Below, in pieces: positions 12,031 through 25,255 of a stretch of 64,000 bases of DNA. Source of the stretch: Octopus sinensis (lineage: Eukaryota). The translations under genes were made by a program, and so were the position numbers. The stretch lies in contig NC_042998.1 in the NCBI RefSeq assembly GCF_006345805.1, positions 200,198,001-200,262,000 on the forward strand. Direction: 5' to 3'. The notes under the pieces were generated by a model. It was not told the origin of the DNA, searched no databases, and worked only from the letters and a program-made list of their open reading frames with translations. How positions within the stretch are numbered: position 1 is the first letter of the stretch; every line of letters begins with the position of its first letter.

Positions 12031-13399
12031 GGTTGAACGTGATATTTATAAATCTGATGTATTAATGCTTTGAGCTTCAATTTTACTGAAGCCGGCATTG
12101 TCACTCACTTTTCCGTTTCAGATAAGATAATACACTAGAAAATAATAGATGGAAATATATTGGGTGCTGAGGTGATATTTTCGTGTTAAAGCCAGGCAAC
12201 ACGTTGGAGTAAAAAGATGTAGAGGAAAAAAGTGTAAGTTCGCCGGTCATGCTGCCATCAGACTTCGCGACCTTTCTGTAATGAGGTCCCAGACTTCGCA
12301 TTTCATGTTGTCTAGGTTCAGCATTACCAGCTGGAATTTGACGTTCGATTAAGCTGCCTTCATTCTTACTTTAAAATGTTCGGTTTTTATGTCAATATGA
12401 CAAATCAATATATTTAGGAAACAAAACCGTATTTTAGAGAATACAGAACATTGTTCGCCAATAATAATAGATGATCGTTACGATATAACGACGTTTTCGA
12501 TGATGCCAAAGAAAACTGTTTTATAAAGAAAACAATATAAGGAAAAAAATGATAGATTGCTGATGTGTAATAATACCGACATTAAATATAAATATACACC
12601 AATAACAGTTAAAATTATTTTTTAAATATCAATGAATCGAATTACAGAGAATCTTGCAACAAATATATGAAAATGATAACCAATAGAATCAGAAATGAAA
12701 TTAAACTTAAATACAAGGATGCAGATTTAAAGAGTACCAAGGTTTCGTTCGCATATTTTCGAACAGAAATATACTTAAAACTTAGAATTGATAAAGTCAG
12801 GAGTAATAAAACATAGAAACGATGAAATAAGTGAAAAATAATAAAAACGATAGATAAAATTTAAAGAATCACGATAAATGCTATAAGCGTTTCCAGAACT
12901 TCTTAATCAACACATTAAGTACCTCAAATAAACAATAGTGTTAGAAAATGCAGCTTCTTAGTTGTAAACACCACGCGCATAAAAAAAAGCTACCGACTAC
13001 ATTCAATGCAGAATAATTCTATCGATTGTTATATTTCGTCCCTATGAACAAAAGGAATTAAAAGAAGAAAGGAATCAAAACCAAAACGAAATATGTTTGG
13101 TTAAATACACATTCATTTATTTCTAATAATGGAAATGTTTCTTTCTTATCGATTTAATTAATAGCTATGATTTTGTATCTTGTAAAATATACGATGTTTG
13201 GTATAATTCAGTTATCACATTTTTATTGAATTATGGTTTCAGATATGTTTTATATATGTATATATATATATATATATTTGTATGTATGTATACATGCATG
13301 TATATGTGTTTGGGTGTATTTGTGTATGTGTGTGTCTGTGTAAATTGGTTCAATATAATCTAGGCTTATCGAAACGAAGGGCGCCAGAAATTGCTAGGT

Positions 13400-13720
13400 A
13401 CAATAACCTAGAGATAAACAACAATAAAAAGTAAAGACGTTTCCAACGCTGCTGCCTCCTTAATACGACGAGGTTTTGGCGTCCTGTGGATATAATGATT
13501 ACATCCCCTTATAAGTTAGTTCCTGACTCCCACAAAACAAGACACCCCACGAAAGTTGTATGGTTTACCCTGCCTTCTCTTTCAATGCCAGTACCTGTGT
13601 TGGAGGATTTTGTAAACGATTAGTGGACAAATACTTCATTTAATCACATAGTCTTTTACTGATGTGCACCCAACTTCAAAAAAACGCTAATGAACACCCC
13701 TAAATCTCACCCACAGGCAA
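13400..13720 (+). mobile_element. Decayed PLE fragment (post-RT linker)
   Basis: DVSNAAASL and KVVWFTLP...RLVDKYF resemble the PLE F.NAAP.Y..AL and IWFNPP...FL.LIDKHF motifs. Confidence 0.55.
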
Positions 13721-13799
13721 TATATCCATGCAATGTTAGCAGGGAGTGACAAATGGTTGACTGATGAAACATTGAAACAATGGTCCATGTTGCTAAGAT

Positions 13800-14088
13800 G
13801 GTATCCAGCAACAACGGCAGCAGTAGCGTGGGAGGCAAGAAGAGCAACGACACTAAAATCGCATGCGCCGGTAAAAGCAACTATAAATACAGCAGCGGTG
13901 GTGGCAGCTGCAGCAACAGCAGCGACAGGTCAGGTAGTAGCAGCAACAACGAGAGCAATAGCGATAGATGCAGCAGCAAAAACATCAGCAAAAATGACAC
14001 CGACAGTATCAGTAACATCGGCAACTACAGCACCAACATAGCATCCAGCAATAAGATCAACAATGGCAGCGATAGCAGCAGCAACAGC
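13800..14088. repeat. Decayed (AGC/AAC)n low-complexity tract
   Basis: Direct inspection. Confidence 0.8.
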
Positions 14089-14430
14089 GGAGGCACAATG
14101 GCCCAATGGTTAGGGCAGCGGACTCGCGGTCTGAGGATCGCGGTTCCGATGTGCGGGTTTATTGAGCGAAAACACCTAAAGCTCCGCGAAGCTCCGGCAG
14201 CTGGCAGTGGCGACCCCTGTTGTACTCTTACGCTCCAACTTTCTCTCACTCTTTCTTCCTGTTTCTTGTCCCCGACTTCCTACGCAACCGCCGAGCCTGG
14301 ATGCACATTTATCCATCCGTCGATGCTCTCGGTATCGGGGGTCGACCTGCTTTCTCTTCTGTGGGTCTTACGAATATCAAAGGACCACGTAACGGACTTC
14401 TCCCATCTTGCGAGCTCAGGGACAGAGACC
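14089..14430 (+). mobile_element. SINE family B variant with a different 3' tail
   Basis: Shares head and body with 4754-5138 up to actttctctcactctttcttcctgtttc, then diverges. Confidence 0.85.
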
Positions 14431-15199
14431 ATTCGCTCAACAGCAGCAGCAACAGCAAAAAGAGAAACCTCACCGAAAACTCACCCAGTTGAAACAACCG
14501 CAATGCCAGCGACAGCAACAACAACAAATGCAACACCACCAGCACAAGGACAAAGACACGGAAATTTGTTGGATCTATAGAGAGTATAATCACGGTTTAT
14601 CTTAGGATATAACAGGCAAAATGTCGCCTCCCAGACCAACTACGTATGGCGTTTAAAATAGAACGATAAACCATTAATTACTAAATGGCGGCTACTTGAA
14701 CATACGGAAGCAAAGAATGTAAGTATTGCTTGGCCCAAAGGGCAAGAATCTTGAACCACTCACTATACCATTTCAAAACATAAGAGGTTTAGTCGGTGCC
14801 CTAGTTAGAAGACATTCATGTTGAAAACATGGAATTGCTCGCTCCTCGACAAGGGAAAATCGTCTATACACTAATGTCATTTTGGCGCAACTGGAAATAA
14901 TGTACGGGGGATAGCTGCATCTCATCCTGATTTATTGCCAGTAGCATTTATTTCCGAGAATTTTGTTAATAACTTTAACTGAGCATAACAGGTTTCTTGC
15001 TCTAGATGCAGAAAGGCTTTGTTCTTCCGGCCAACAAATCTGACGATTCGCCTTTATATCTAAAAACCTTTTAGATGCGAAACAATTGGTCATAACATGA
15101 TGCGTCACATCAAGCCATCTTCCAAATATATACACATATGTGTGTGTTGTGCTTGTGTGAGTGTCTTTTTATGTGTATATGTGTAGTCAATTTATATAA

Positions 15200-15350
15200 A
15201 TGAACAATAAAAAATTTAAAAATCAAAAGTGAACATGAGAACGTGTACAAAAAAGGTATTCTCTCCCTGTTCGGTGAAAGGAGTGAGTTTGAAGTTTCGG
15301 GCATAGCTCTTCGTCGGAAAAGAAGACGGGAAAAATTCAAAAACGGAGAA
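15200..15350 (-). mobile_element. PLE-type 3' terminus with a degenerate hammerhead
   Basis: Minus strand reads CCGACGA-A-GAG-cuaug-CCC-GAAACUUCAAA, the same layout as 8614-8648. Confidence 0.5.
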
Positions 15351-15376
15351 GATGCACACACACACACAGAAACATG

Positions 15377-15464
<88 letters not shown>

Positions 15465-15520
15465 AGTTGAGAAAGAAGCATATGGAAAACGTGGAAGGTT
15501 AAAAATGAACGTATATATGT

Positions 15521-15553
<33 letters not shown>

Positions 15554-15557
15554 CACT

Positions 15558-15599
<42 letters not shown>

Positions 15600-15635
15600 A
15601 TATATATATATATGTATATGTATATATATGTATAG

Positions 15636-15667
<32 letters not shown>

Positions 15668-16052
15668 GTATGTATGCATATATATTGGCTAGCCATTTAA
15701 GGAATTTGAAATCTAATTTTTAGCAAATGCAAACATATGTCTAAGTACATTTTGAAGAATTGGAAAATTATGCATTTACGCGATTAAATTCTTCATAACT
15801 TTACGGCATTATAACCTAAAGTACAAGGATGATAACTCTTTTGCCATTTTCACTTTTTACTATTTCGTTTTCCGTTTTTCATTTTTAAACCTTCCACGTT
15901 TTCCATATGCTTCTTTCTCAACTTGTTTCGATTTTTTTCTTATTTAATTATTAGTTCGTTATGGTATGTGGTTTGTGCCTCATGAATATTTATGCGGCAT
16001 CTCTCAACATATGAAACTACTAGTAGCACATAAAAACATGTATAGAGTGCAT

Positions 16053-16103
<51 letters not shown>

Positions 16104-16335
16104 CAGATAGATATAAATATAATATATACATAAGCATATACACGCATACAAGCACATACGCATGACCACTTATATATTGACAGATACATCCTTACGCGCG
16201 TGTGCCTGTGTGTACACACACATATTCATCCACAATCATATAAAATATAATATAAAGTTATATATAAAGAAAGCGTAGGCGTGTAAAAGAGTTTAGGGAG
16301 GTCATTCAGTGGAATATAAAATATTTTAATAATCA

Positions 16336-16738
16336 TAGGCATAGAAGTGGCTGTGGTAAGTAGCTTGCTAACCAACCACATGGTTCCGGGTTCAGTCCCA
16401 CCTCGTGGCATCTTGGGCAAGTGTCTTCTATTATAGCTCCGGGCCGACCAATGCCTTGTGAGTGGATTAGGTAGACGGAAACTGAAAGAAGCCTGTCGTA
16501 TATATGTATATATATATATGTATGTGTGTGTGTTTGTGAGTCTGTGTTTGTTCCCCTAGCATTGCTTGACAACCGATGCCGTTGTGTTTACGTGCCCGTC
16601 ACTTAGCGATTCGGCAAAAAGAAACCGATAGAACAAGTACTGGGCTTACAAAAAATAAGTCCCGGGGTCGAGTTGCTCGACTAAAGGCGGTGCTCCAGCA
16701 TGGCCGCAGTCAAATGACTGAAACAAGTAAAAGAGTAT
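16336..16738 (+). mobile_element. SINE family A, full length
   Basis: High similarity to 32950-33354. Confidence 0.95.
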
Positions 16739-17679
16739 GTGTGGAATTTGTAAACTGGTACAATGAGAATGCATAATAAGGAAGCCCATGGCTTAATGTG
16801 ACATAACTCTTAAATATTATGCAAAGATTTAAAAATAGTATTTAAATGAAATGAGTATATTTAATTCAGTCATAGAGTATGATTCAATTGAAACTAGGAG
16901 GTTTAAGGTAAGTAGTATTCGAATTTAACTAAAATATTAGTTTAAACTATGAAAATGCTGAATTTTAATGTAATGCATCAATTTCTTCAAGAGATTTGTC
17001 AAGGATATTGAGTGAAAAGGCAAGTTCAAAATTACACCCGTACCTGAAATTTGATAGCATAATGCCTATTTTATTATGCTGCAGGCAATTTGGAATATAT
17101 GTTTTTTTGTTTTTTCAACTATCAAATTCTTTCCACAAGAGATGCAACCTTAGCCTTATTACGAATATTGCTATATTTATGAGAGGTGAAACCGATGTAG
17201 GTAAAATTAGTTACATCACGTCTATAGAAAATATTTTTAGCGAGATAAAATATATTTACAATTGCTTAATCTAGGATATTTGTGGACATTAGTACTTCCC
17301 GAGTAATTCATGGCCGATTCAGAGTTATACTTATTCTCAAATCCGACTGAATTATTCGAATTATCCAATGTTACTGCAGAGACATCGGGGTTATTATTAG
17401 TAATAATGGCATTACCATTGCAATGGTGGACGTTAAAACAGCTACCCCGATGATAATCTTCGGTTATATTGGAACTGATGCAGGTGTTGTCTGCATTGGT
17501 TATGTCATCTTCAGGGTTAATTTTTTTTGGTTTTAATAGTCACCGCTGATATTGCTGCTACTACGGCGGTTAGTACTGCCATATATACAGGTAATATAGT
17601 TGGAGATTGAAGTATTCGGCTGACAGATAGTATTACAACTTCTAAGGTCGGCCTACTGACTGTCACAGTCATCATTAAT

Positions 17680-18185
17680 AAAGTAACTTTATAGTGAATA
17701 CTACCACCATGGTCATTAACATAAGGGTTGTAATTATTATCATTATTATTGTTGTAACCAACACCCCCAGCAACCCCATCAACATAATTATTAGTTGTAG
17801 TGGTATTGTTATTGTTATTGATGTTACTATCAATAATTGTATCCCTACCATTATTATAAGAATAACAATAACGTTAATAATAATAATAATATTAATAATA
17901 ATAATAATAATAATAATAACAATGATAACAATAATAATAATAATTATTATTATTACTATTGTTATTATAATTATTATTATTATTAGTAGTAGTAGTAGTA
18001 TTAGTATCATTATTACTATTATCATTATTGTTATTATTATTATTATTATTATTATATTATTATATTATTATTATTATTATTATTATTATTGCATTTAGCA
18101 TTATCGTTATTATTATTAATGTTATTCTTTATCTTTCTTTTCTTATTAATATTGTGACCGTTTTTTGTTTTTATATTACGACTAT
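17680..18185. repeat. Decayed (ATT)n low-complexity region
   Basis: Direct inspection. Confidence 0.85.
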
Positions 18186-18214
18186 TTATAGCCGCTATAA
18201 GGCTCTCTAGACTA

Positions 18215-18420
18215 CGTAAGGTTGAGAACGAAATGCCTATCTTACGTTCATTAAAGACACGTTAATCTTTATTGGTTGTGGGGGTGGGGTTCCCCAAGAA
18301 GACAAATAACTTTTTCAAGAAAATTTCGGAATAATATTGTTTGACCGAGTGGATTAAGCCAGATTACGTCATGATTGCGTGAGTCCTGACGACTTTTGGA
18401 TTTGCGATGTTTAAATTTGC
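18215..18420 (-). mobile_element. Decayed PLE fragment
   Basis: DVIWLNPL...FL and VFNERKIGISFS resemble the PLE IIWFNPP and IFNRNT.K.SYS motifs. Confidence 0.45.
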
Positions 18421-18715
18421 ATGTAAATTTGCAGGGTATTATCTAGATTGTTAGTAGCGCTGTGCTTATTCGCAGCGTTATTAATTTTTTTATGGCCGCC
18501 ATTGTATTATTACTTCATAAAAGTAACATCATTGATTGCCATGTTAGTTATCACCACAATCATTATTATAATTAATATTCAATACTGGGTCTCTCAGTAT
18601 TACGCATATCAATCCTGCCAGTATTAGTGTCAGTATTAATATTTGTACAATTACTAATGTTCATTTTTTCCCTTTCATCAATAACTTCTTTATGCCTGTG
18701 TTGCTGTAGTTGTTA

Positions 18716-19059
18716 TCATCACCATCATCATCATCATCATCATCATCATCGTCGTCGTCGTCATCATCATCGTCGTCATCATCATCGTCATCATCGTCGT
18801 CATCATCATCGTCGTCATCATCATCTTCGTCATCATCCTCATCATCATCATCGTCGTCATCATCATCATCGTCATCATCATCATCACCGTCGTCATCGTC
18901 ATCATCATCATCATCATCATCATAATCATCATCATCATCATCGTCGTCGTCGTCATCATCATCGTCATCATCATCATCCTCATCATCATCGTCGTCATCA
19001 TCATCATCATCATCGTCATCATCATCATCGTCGTCATCATCATCATCATCATCATCATT

Positions 19060-19109
<50 letters not shown>
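18716..19109. repeat. Compound (CAT)n/(CGT)n microsatellite, about 390 bp
   Basis: Direct inspection. Confidence 0.97.
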
Positions 19110-19112
<3 letters not shown>

Positions 19113-19115
<3 letters not shown>

Positions 19116-19318
19116 GTGACGAGCTGGCAGAATAGTTAATAGTCAGCGGCATTTCGCCTATCTTTACGTTCACAGTTCAAATTTCGCCGAGGCCGATTTT
19201 CTTTTTCATCGTTTCGTGGGGTCGGTGAAATAAGTACCAGTTGAGCACTGGGATCGATCTAACCGACGACAACTCTCCAGCAAAATTTCAGGCCTCGTGC
19301 CTATAGTAGAAAGCATTG
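19113..19318 (+). mobile_element. SINE family C (GGCGAGCTGGCAGAA head; GCCTTTCATCCTTTCGGGGTCGATAAA-type core), with (ATT)n tail
   Basis: Same head and core as 52611-52845 and 38105-38282. Confidence 0.85.
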
Positions 19319-19332
19319 GTATTATTGTTATC

Positions 19333-19417
<85 letters not shown>

Positions 19418-19440
19418 TTATTATTATTATTATTATTATT

Positions 19441-19786
19441 CAGTAGCTTTATTTTTATTGCGTGCTTTCACTTCACTACCGAGCGCAGCTCTGTGTGCCT
19501 TGGGTATGTGATGTGATTTGTTGTGATGCTCTGATGGTTATTGTATGGAAAGTGTTCTGCGTAGGATGTGTGCAGTGCCTAGTAATGCAATTTTCTGTAT
19601 GTTATATGTGTTTGTAAGTCCTGGTGTTTTTGTTATGTATTTGTCTGAATATTTTTTTATCATGCCTAATGCACCTACCATGATAGGAATTGTTTCTGTT
19701 TTCAGATTCCACATTCTAGTTACCTCTATTTCCAGGTCTTTGTATTTTGAGAGTTTCTCCATTTCTTTTAGAGACACGTTGTTTAC

Positions 19787-19790
<4 letters not shown>
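19441..19790 (-). mobile_element. R4/Dong-like non-LTR retrotransposon, short 3' fragment
   Basis: EKLSKYKDLEIEVTRMWNLKTETIPIMVGALG...IQKIALLGTAHILRRTLSIQ*, then 3'UTR; both ends in (TAA)n. Confidence 0.92.
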
Positions 19791-19870
<80 letters not shown>

Positions 19871-19901
19871 TGTTATTATTATTATCTTTATCATTATTAT
19901 T

Positions 19902-19933
<32 letters not shown>

Positions 19934-19984
19934 CATTATTATTATTATTATTATTATTATCACCATCATCATCATTATTATTAT

Positions 19985-22068
19985 TCTATGTTTGACTTTT
20001 GCTTTATATTTGTACAAGTTGGCTCCAAGTCTCACCCAGAGACCTCAAGAGACAACAGGGTTGGAAGTTCATGTTGTTGTTATGCCTAGTGTGCCATATA
20101 TTTGGGGGGTGGGGATGTTGTACTAATGAATGTCTAAAAAAAAAAAAAATTTTTTTTTTTTTTTTTTTTTTTAAACCGAAAATTATGGTTGTTTTAAACC
20201 TTGAGGTTACATAGAGAGTATTTTGCGTAGGATATGAGCAGTTCCCATGAGCACTATCTTTTGAACCTCTGCCATTTTTGGGTTTCCTGGTATCTGAGTT
20301 AGGTAGCTATCAGCCCCTTTTGCTATCATTCCCAGGGCACCTATGACAACAGGTATTGTTTTAGTCTTCAGCTTCCACATTTTGCTGATTTCTATTTCAA
20401 GATCTTTATATTTGCTCAGTTTTTGGTAGGTCCTGACAGATACGTTTATATCGATTGGGACAGTCATATCAATGAGGAGGCATGTTCTTTGTTTGAAGTC
20501 TTTCAATATGATGTCTGGCCTATTTGCATCTATCTTCCTGTCAGTTTGAATGGTGAAGTTCCAGAGGAGTGAGATGTGGTCATTTTCAAGCACTGGGGGT
20601 GGTTTGTGTTCCCACCAGTTTTTTTCATGGGGCAGATCCAGGTTTTTACAGATTACCCAGTGAATATATTGTGCAGCTCTATCGTGCCTGTTGAGATACT
20701 CTGTAGGCGCTAGAAGACTGCACTTGGAGACCACATGGTCAATGGTTTCATTTTGTTGCTTGCATACACGACACGTTGGACTGCTTCTGATCTTTAATAT
20801 GTTGGCCTGGTAGTTTCTTGTTGGTAGGCATTGATCTTGAGCTGCTATGATAAACCCCTCTGTTTCAGATTTTAAGCCAGAGGCCATTAGCCATTGATGG
20901 GTCAGGGCTTTGTCGATATCTGCATTATTCGCTCTCTTTGGTATTTGCCGTAGAGAGTTTTTTCTTGCCATTTATTATTCAGAATATCTAAGGCCGCAGT
21001 TTTGGCACGGGTTTTCATGCGCCTAGCTTTTTCTGTGCTTGTTCTTGTATGTCTATCTCTAATTCCGAAATTGGTTGTATTCGGAATTCACTTAGATATT
21101 CCTTTGCCTGTTTTGTGACTGAGTATGATGCTTTCTTGTTTTCATGTTTTGAGACAAGTTTTAACATCCAGTCCTCAGAGTTTTTCAGGTAGGTGTCTAG
21201 GCCAATTGTAGCAATCTTCATTGTTATTGCCAGTTGCAAAAGACCACGGCCTCCCTCTTTTCTTGGCAGATAGAGTCGTTCTGTATCTGCCTTAGGGTGG
21301 TGCATTCTATGCATTGTCAACAGTTTCCTTATTTTTTTCTGTCGAGCTGACATATTTCAGTAATTGACCAGTTAACAATATTGAAACTGTAAGTCACGAC
21401 TGGTATAGCTATGCATTGATTGCTTCGATCCTGTTTCTTGCATTCAGCTCTGTCTTGAGTATTGCTCTCACTCTTCGATAGCATTCTCTCCTGATCCTTT
21501 CCTTCATCTCTGAATGCCTTATTCCGTTCCCTTCAATTACCCCTAGGTACTTGTAGCTCTCCGCTGGGTCTAGTTCTTTTATGACATTCTGTTGGTCAAG
21601 GCTAACGTTAGATGTTTCTGTCATTTTTCCTTTGATAAAGGTAGCCTTTGCACATTTATCGAGGCCGAATTGCATTCTGATGTCGTCACTGAATTGTTTG
21701 ACTATCGCTAGTAAGCCCTTGAGTTGTTGATCATTTTTTGCAAAAAGCTTTAAATCATCCATGTAAACGAGATGATTTATATTTTTATCAAACATTTTAT
21801 ACCCGTACTGCGCGTCATTGAGCAGCTTTGAGAGAGGTATTAAGGATAAACAAAAGAGGAGTGGTGACAGTGAGTCACCCTGGAAAATGCCACACGAAAT
21901 TTTTACATCACCAGCATTTAGGGATTCACTGTCACTGTTCAGAGTTAGTGTGGTTCTCCATGATCTCATACTTACAGTCAAGAAGTTTCGCAGAGTTGGT
22001 GCTATCTTATACATTTCAAGGCATTTCCTAATCCAGCTATGTGTAGGCTATCAAAAGCCTTTTTATAG
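19985..22068 (-). mobile_element. R4/Dong-like non-LTR retrotransposon, 5'-truncated, RT + CCHC + restriction-like endonuclease, frameshifted
   Basis: GIFQGDSLSPLLF, HLVYMDDLKLF, LYLPRKEGGRGL, CRVC...ETIDHVVSKC, NRPDI...LIDMTVP, EN ORF 20207-20971; flanked by (TAA)n. Confidence 0.95.
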
Positions 22069-22069
22069 T

Positions 22070-22080
22070 CATTATTATTA

Positions 22081-22122
<42 letters not shown>

Positions 22123-22167
22123 CATTATTATCATCATTATTATTATTAATTATTATTATTATTATTA

Positions 22168-22221
<54 letters not shown>

Positions 22222-22267
22222 CAGTATCATTATCATTATTATTATTATTTTATTATTATTATCATCA

Positions 22268-22309
<42 letters not shown>

Positions 22310-22356
22310 TATTATTATTATTATTATTATTATTATCATTATTATTATCATTATCA

Positions 22357-22394
<38 letters not shown>

Positions 22395-22522
22395 TATTAT
22401 TATTATTATTATCAGTATCATTATCATTATTATTATTATTTTATTATTATTATCATCATCATCATTATTATTATTATTATATTATTATTATTATTATTAT
22501 TATTATTATCATTATTATGATT

Positions 22523-22553
<31 letters not shown>

Positions 22554-22554
22554 T

Positions 22555-22587
<33 letters not shown>

Positions 22588-22609
22588 TATTATTATTATT
22601 ATATTATTA

Positions 22610-22664
<55 letters not shown>
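22070..22664. repeat. About 600-bp (ATT)n array with ATC interruptions
   Basis: Direct inspection. Confidence 0.97.
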
Positions 22665-22665
<1 letters not shown>

Positions 22666-22666
<1 letters not shown>

Positions 22667-22944
22667 TTTCGTCTGGCTCAGGTTTGGTCTTATTCCTGGT
22701 AGTAGTTATGCGGGTAGTGGCCTTCTACTTGTAACCATAGGTATCCCCATGCTTTCAGCAATATTTCACGTGCTTAGAACCATCCTGATAATCCTTGCTG
22801 TCCTAAAGAGACAAACGTTCTTTAGGTGCTCTACTGAACATTCTATTTCGATCTTCTTCAGCTATTTTTCATTATGTTTTTATTTCTTCGTCTTCTTCGT
22901 CGTCGTGATCGTCATCATCGTCATCATCATCATTATCGTCGTCG

Positions 22945-22975
<31 letters not shown>

Positions 22976-24600
22976 TTCTCTATTGCATGCTAATGTAGTT
23001 AGCAGACGTTTTATCTTGATGCTTGGTGACAATAGTCTTTATCTTCCGGCTTCTCTTCATAATTAGTACAGCACACTTTTATCTACCCTAAACCGTATTC
23101 CAATATCTTTACTAAACACACCCGTAGTTTCAATCAGGTAATCCAAGTCTGTCTCACTTTTTGTTTACAGTTTCATGCCATCCACATAAAGTAGGTGATT
23201 GATTTTTATTTCACTTTTCGAAATTCTCAATAAAGCTTGGATTCTTTTAGTCGTCTTGTTAATGTTTTAGTGCAATAATAAAGAGCTATAGTGAGAGCTA
23301 GACCCCTTAGAAAATGTCCCTGCCTATTTTCACGTTGCCTAGCAATTTATTTTCACTTGTCGGTTCTAATTCCCAGTTTCATTGCTTATTCCAAAGACTT
23401 GTTTATCTTCACATTGAATCCAAGCGTCCTCAGCTAAATTCCTCTTCCTTACTTATACCTCATTTAATACTATATAAACTATATTTTGCAGATCAGCAGT
23501 TCCCCTTGATTCCCTTCAATAATCTTATGGTTCATCTGGCAATAGTTTCTCCTTCTCCAGAAATTCATACACTTCATCTGCTATGAGAGCCATTAATAAT
23601 TTCCAGAGTAAAGGTAAGCAAGTAATGGATCTATAATACTGACTTCCCTCCCTTTTCCTTGTCTTTCTGTATCAGCATTGTATTGTCCTTCCTTTTGTAA
23701 TTTTTCTGATGTCATCATTCCTTGTTCAGTGGTTTATAGAATTTTCTTTTGAGGTACTAGAAGAGCCTATTCAGTTGGTACTGATTCTCCACTGGTACCT
23801 GTTGTCTTACCCGACACTGCTTTGTTCATTTGTCTTAATTCCTTTTTACCTTCTTGCAGTCCTTTGTGCCTCATGTACATCTTTTGCAGTTCATTCCACG
23901 TGTTACCTCCATACACGTCCTTTCATTTATTGAATGTAATGACTCTTGTAGTCTCTCTTGGGCTGATCAATTTTATTCTGAAGCCTTCGTTCCCCCCATG
24001 AGATTTTCTTTCACATGTCACCCCAAGAGTTTGCACAGCCATAAGGGCTGGTCTGTATAAATAGTCGCTTAAAACTGTTACGTTTTTAAAGTAAATTTTG
24101 GTTAATAGTTCGACCGTCTCTTTCACTACTTTATATAGTTTTCCAACTGCAATTCCACTCAGAGTTGGTAACCTCTTTATTCGATATTTCGTGTCTCATT
24201 TAGGTGTAGCTGTAAGTTTCTTTCTTCCTCTGTAACAGTCTTCCATGCCACAAAGTAGAATTCAGCATCATTCGTGAAGCTGTTTCTTCAGTGGTTAGTC
24301 ATTGGTCCCACTGGTAATTTTTGACCTTGTTCTGTATTTTGCTCTTCGTGCGCAGCGTTATCACGTTCACACGTTTTCACTTATATGAAGGTCTCCTCTA
24401 GTTCCAATTGGAATAATCACAGGTTTTCAAGAGTAACATTTTTTGGTCTAATGTGTTTGCCCCGTGAAAAGGATCTTCGCTTTATCTGTTCAAATTTTAT
24501 GCATTTTATTTAAGTATTCTAGGCTCGCTTCTGTAAGAGCATCTCATTGTAGTTCTATTGTTGCATTGAGTCCATTTCCTCTTAACCTTTGTTGCAGTAT
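22666..24600 (-). mobile_element. Older, internally deleted and decayed R4/Dong-like element
   Basis: LIQKDKEKG...YYRSITCLPLLWKLL, INHLLYVDGMKL, and 3' LFRTARIIRMVLST*; the 3' end runs into (TAA)n. Confidence 0.8.
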
Positions 24601-24949
24601 TTAGATAACGACCAGTCCCACCCTTCTGTGCTGGGGAGAACGTGCGGTGCGAAAGATATTCACACAGGATTTGGGTCTCATGAAATCAGGTGTGATGATT
24701 TGTACTTCGATTACACACATAAAGTGGGATGTGTTCAAGAAATGTCACAAGCGCCAGTATTTTTATTGAGAAAGCCAAAGCTAAAGGGAGCCTCATCCCT
24801 CTAATGCAAATTTTCAAGGTACAATGTTCTTTCTTCGAGTTGATATTGTGGGAACATACATTATAAAGATTATGAATATATTTACTTTTCCTGTTCTGTA
24901 GCTTAGGACTTCTTTAACATTTACATTTATTATTACTATTGCATATAAT

Positions 24950-25196
24950 TGTATTTCTGTTTGTATTTATTTGCTTATTCATGCTATACTCTATTATATG
25001 ATCTCTCTTTTCACTAGTCGCATAAAAATAGCTGGTGTTTTGTTTATACCCTGCTTTTATTAAGACTTCACTATAGTGATAAGCATAGGCGTCAAAGATA
25101 TTCTTATTAGAAGACAGATGTGATATTCTATTTGAGATGCCATTTGCTAATGAGATTAATCATGAGTGTGCGTTTTATTATTTATTTATTAATACA

Positions 25197-25255
<59 letters not shown>

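Noticed and set aside
12122-12233. Plus-strand segment with a good acceptor and donor
   Set aside because: Stops in all three frames and no homology; the minus-strand DGSMT resemblance to CA10 does not extend
13755-13790. CUGAUGA-aacauu-GAAAC-aaug-GUC hammerhead-like string
   Set aside because: Stem II is too short and stem I does not pair; at best a relic
13780-14580. 266-aa plus-strand ORF
   Set aside because: Runs through an (AGC)n low-complexity tract and a SINE; no protein signature
14730-15000. Possible APE endonuclease start (LTIPFQNIRGL)
   Set aside because: Single motif with no supporting downstream motifs
18627-19173. Poly-His, poly-Asp, poly-Met and poly-Ser ORFs
   Set aside because: Translations of a (CAT/CGT)n microsatellite; the same applies to the IY, HT, VC and YLPT ORFs elsewhere
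21818-22702. 294-aa plus-strand ORF
   Set aside because: Antisense of the Dong-like RT plus an (ATT)n array
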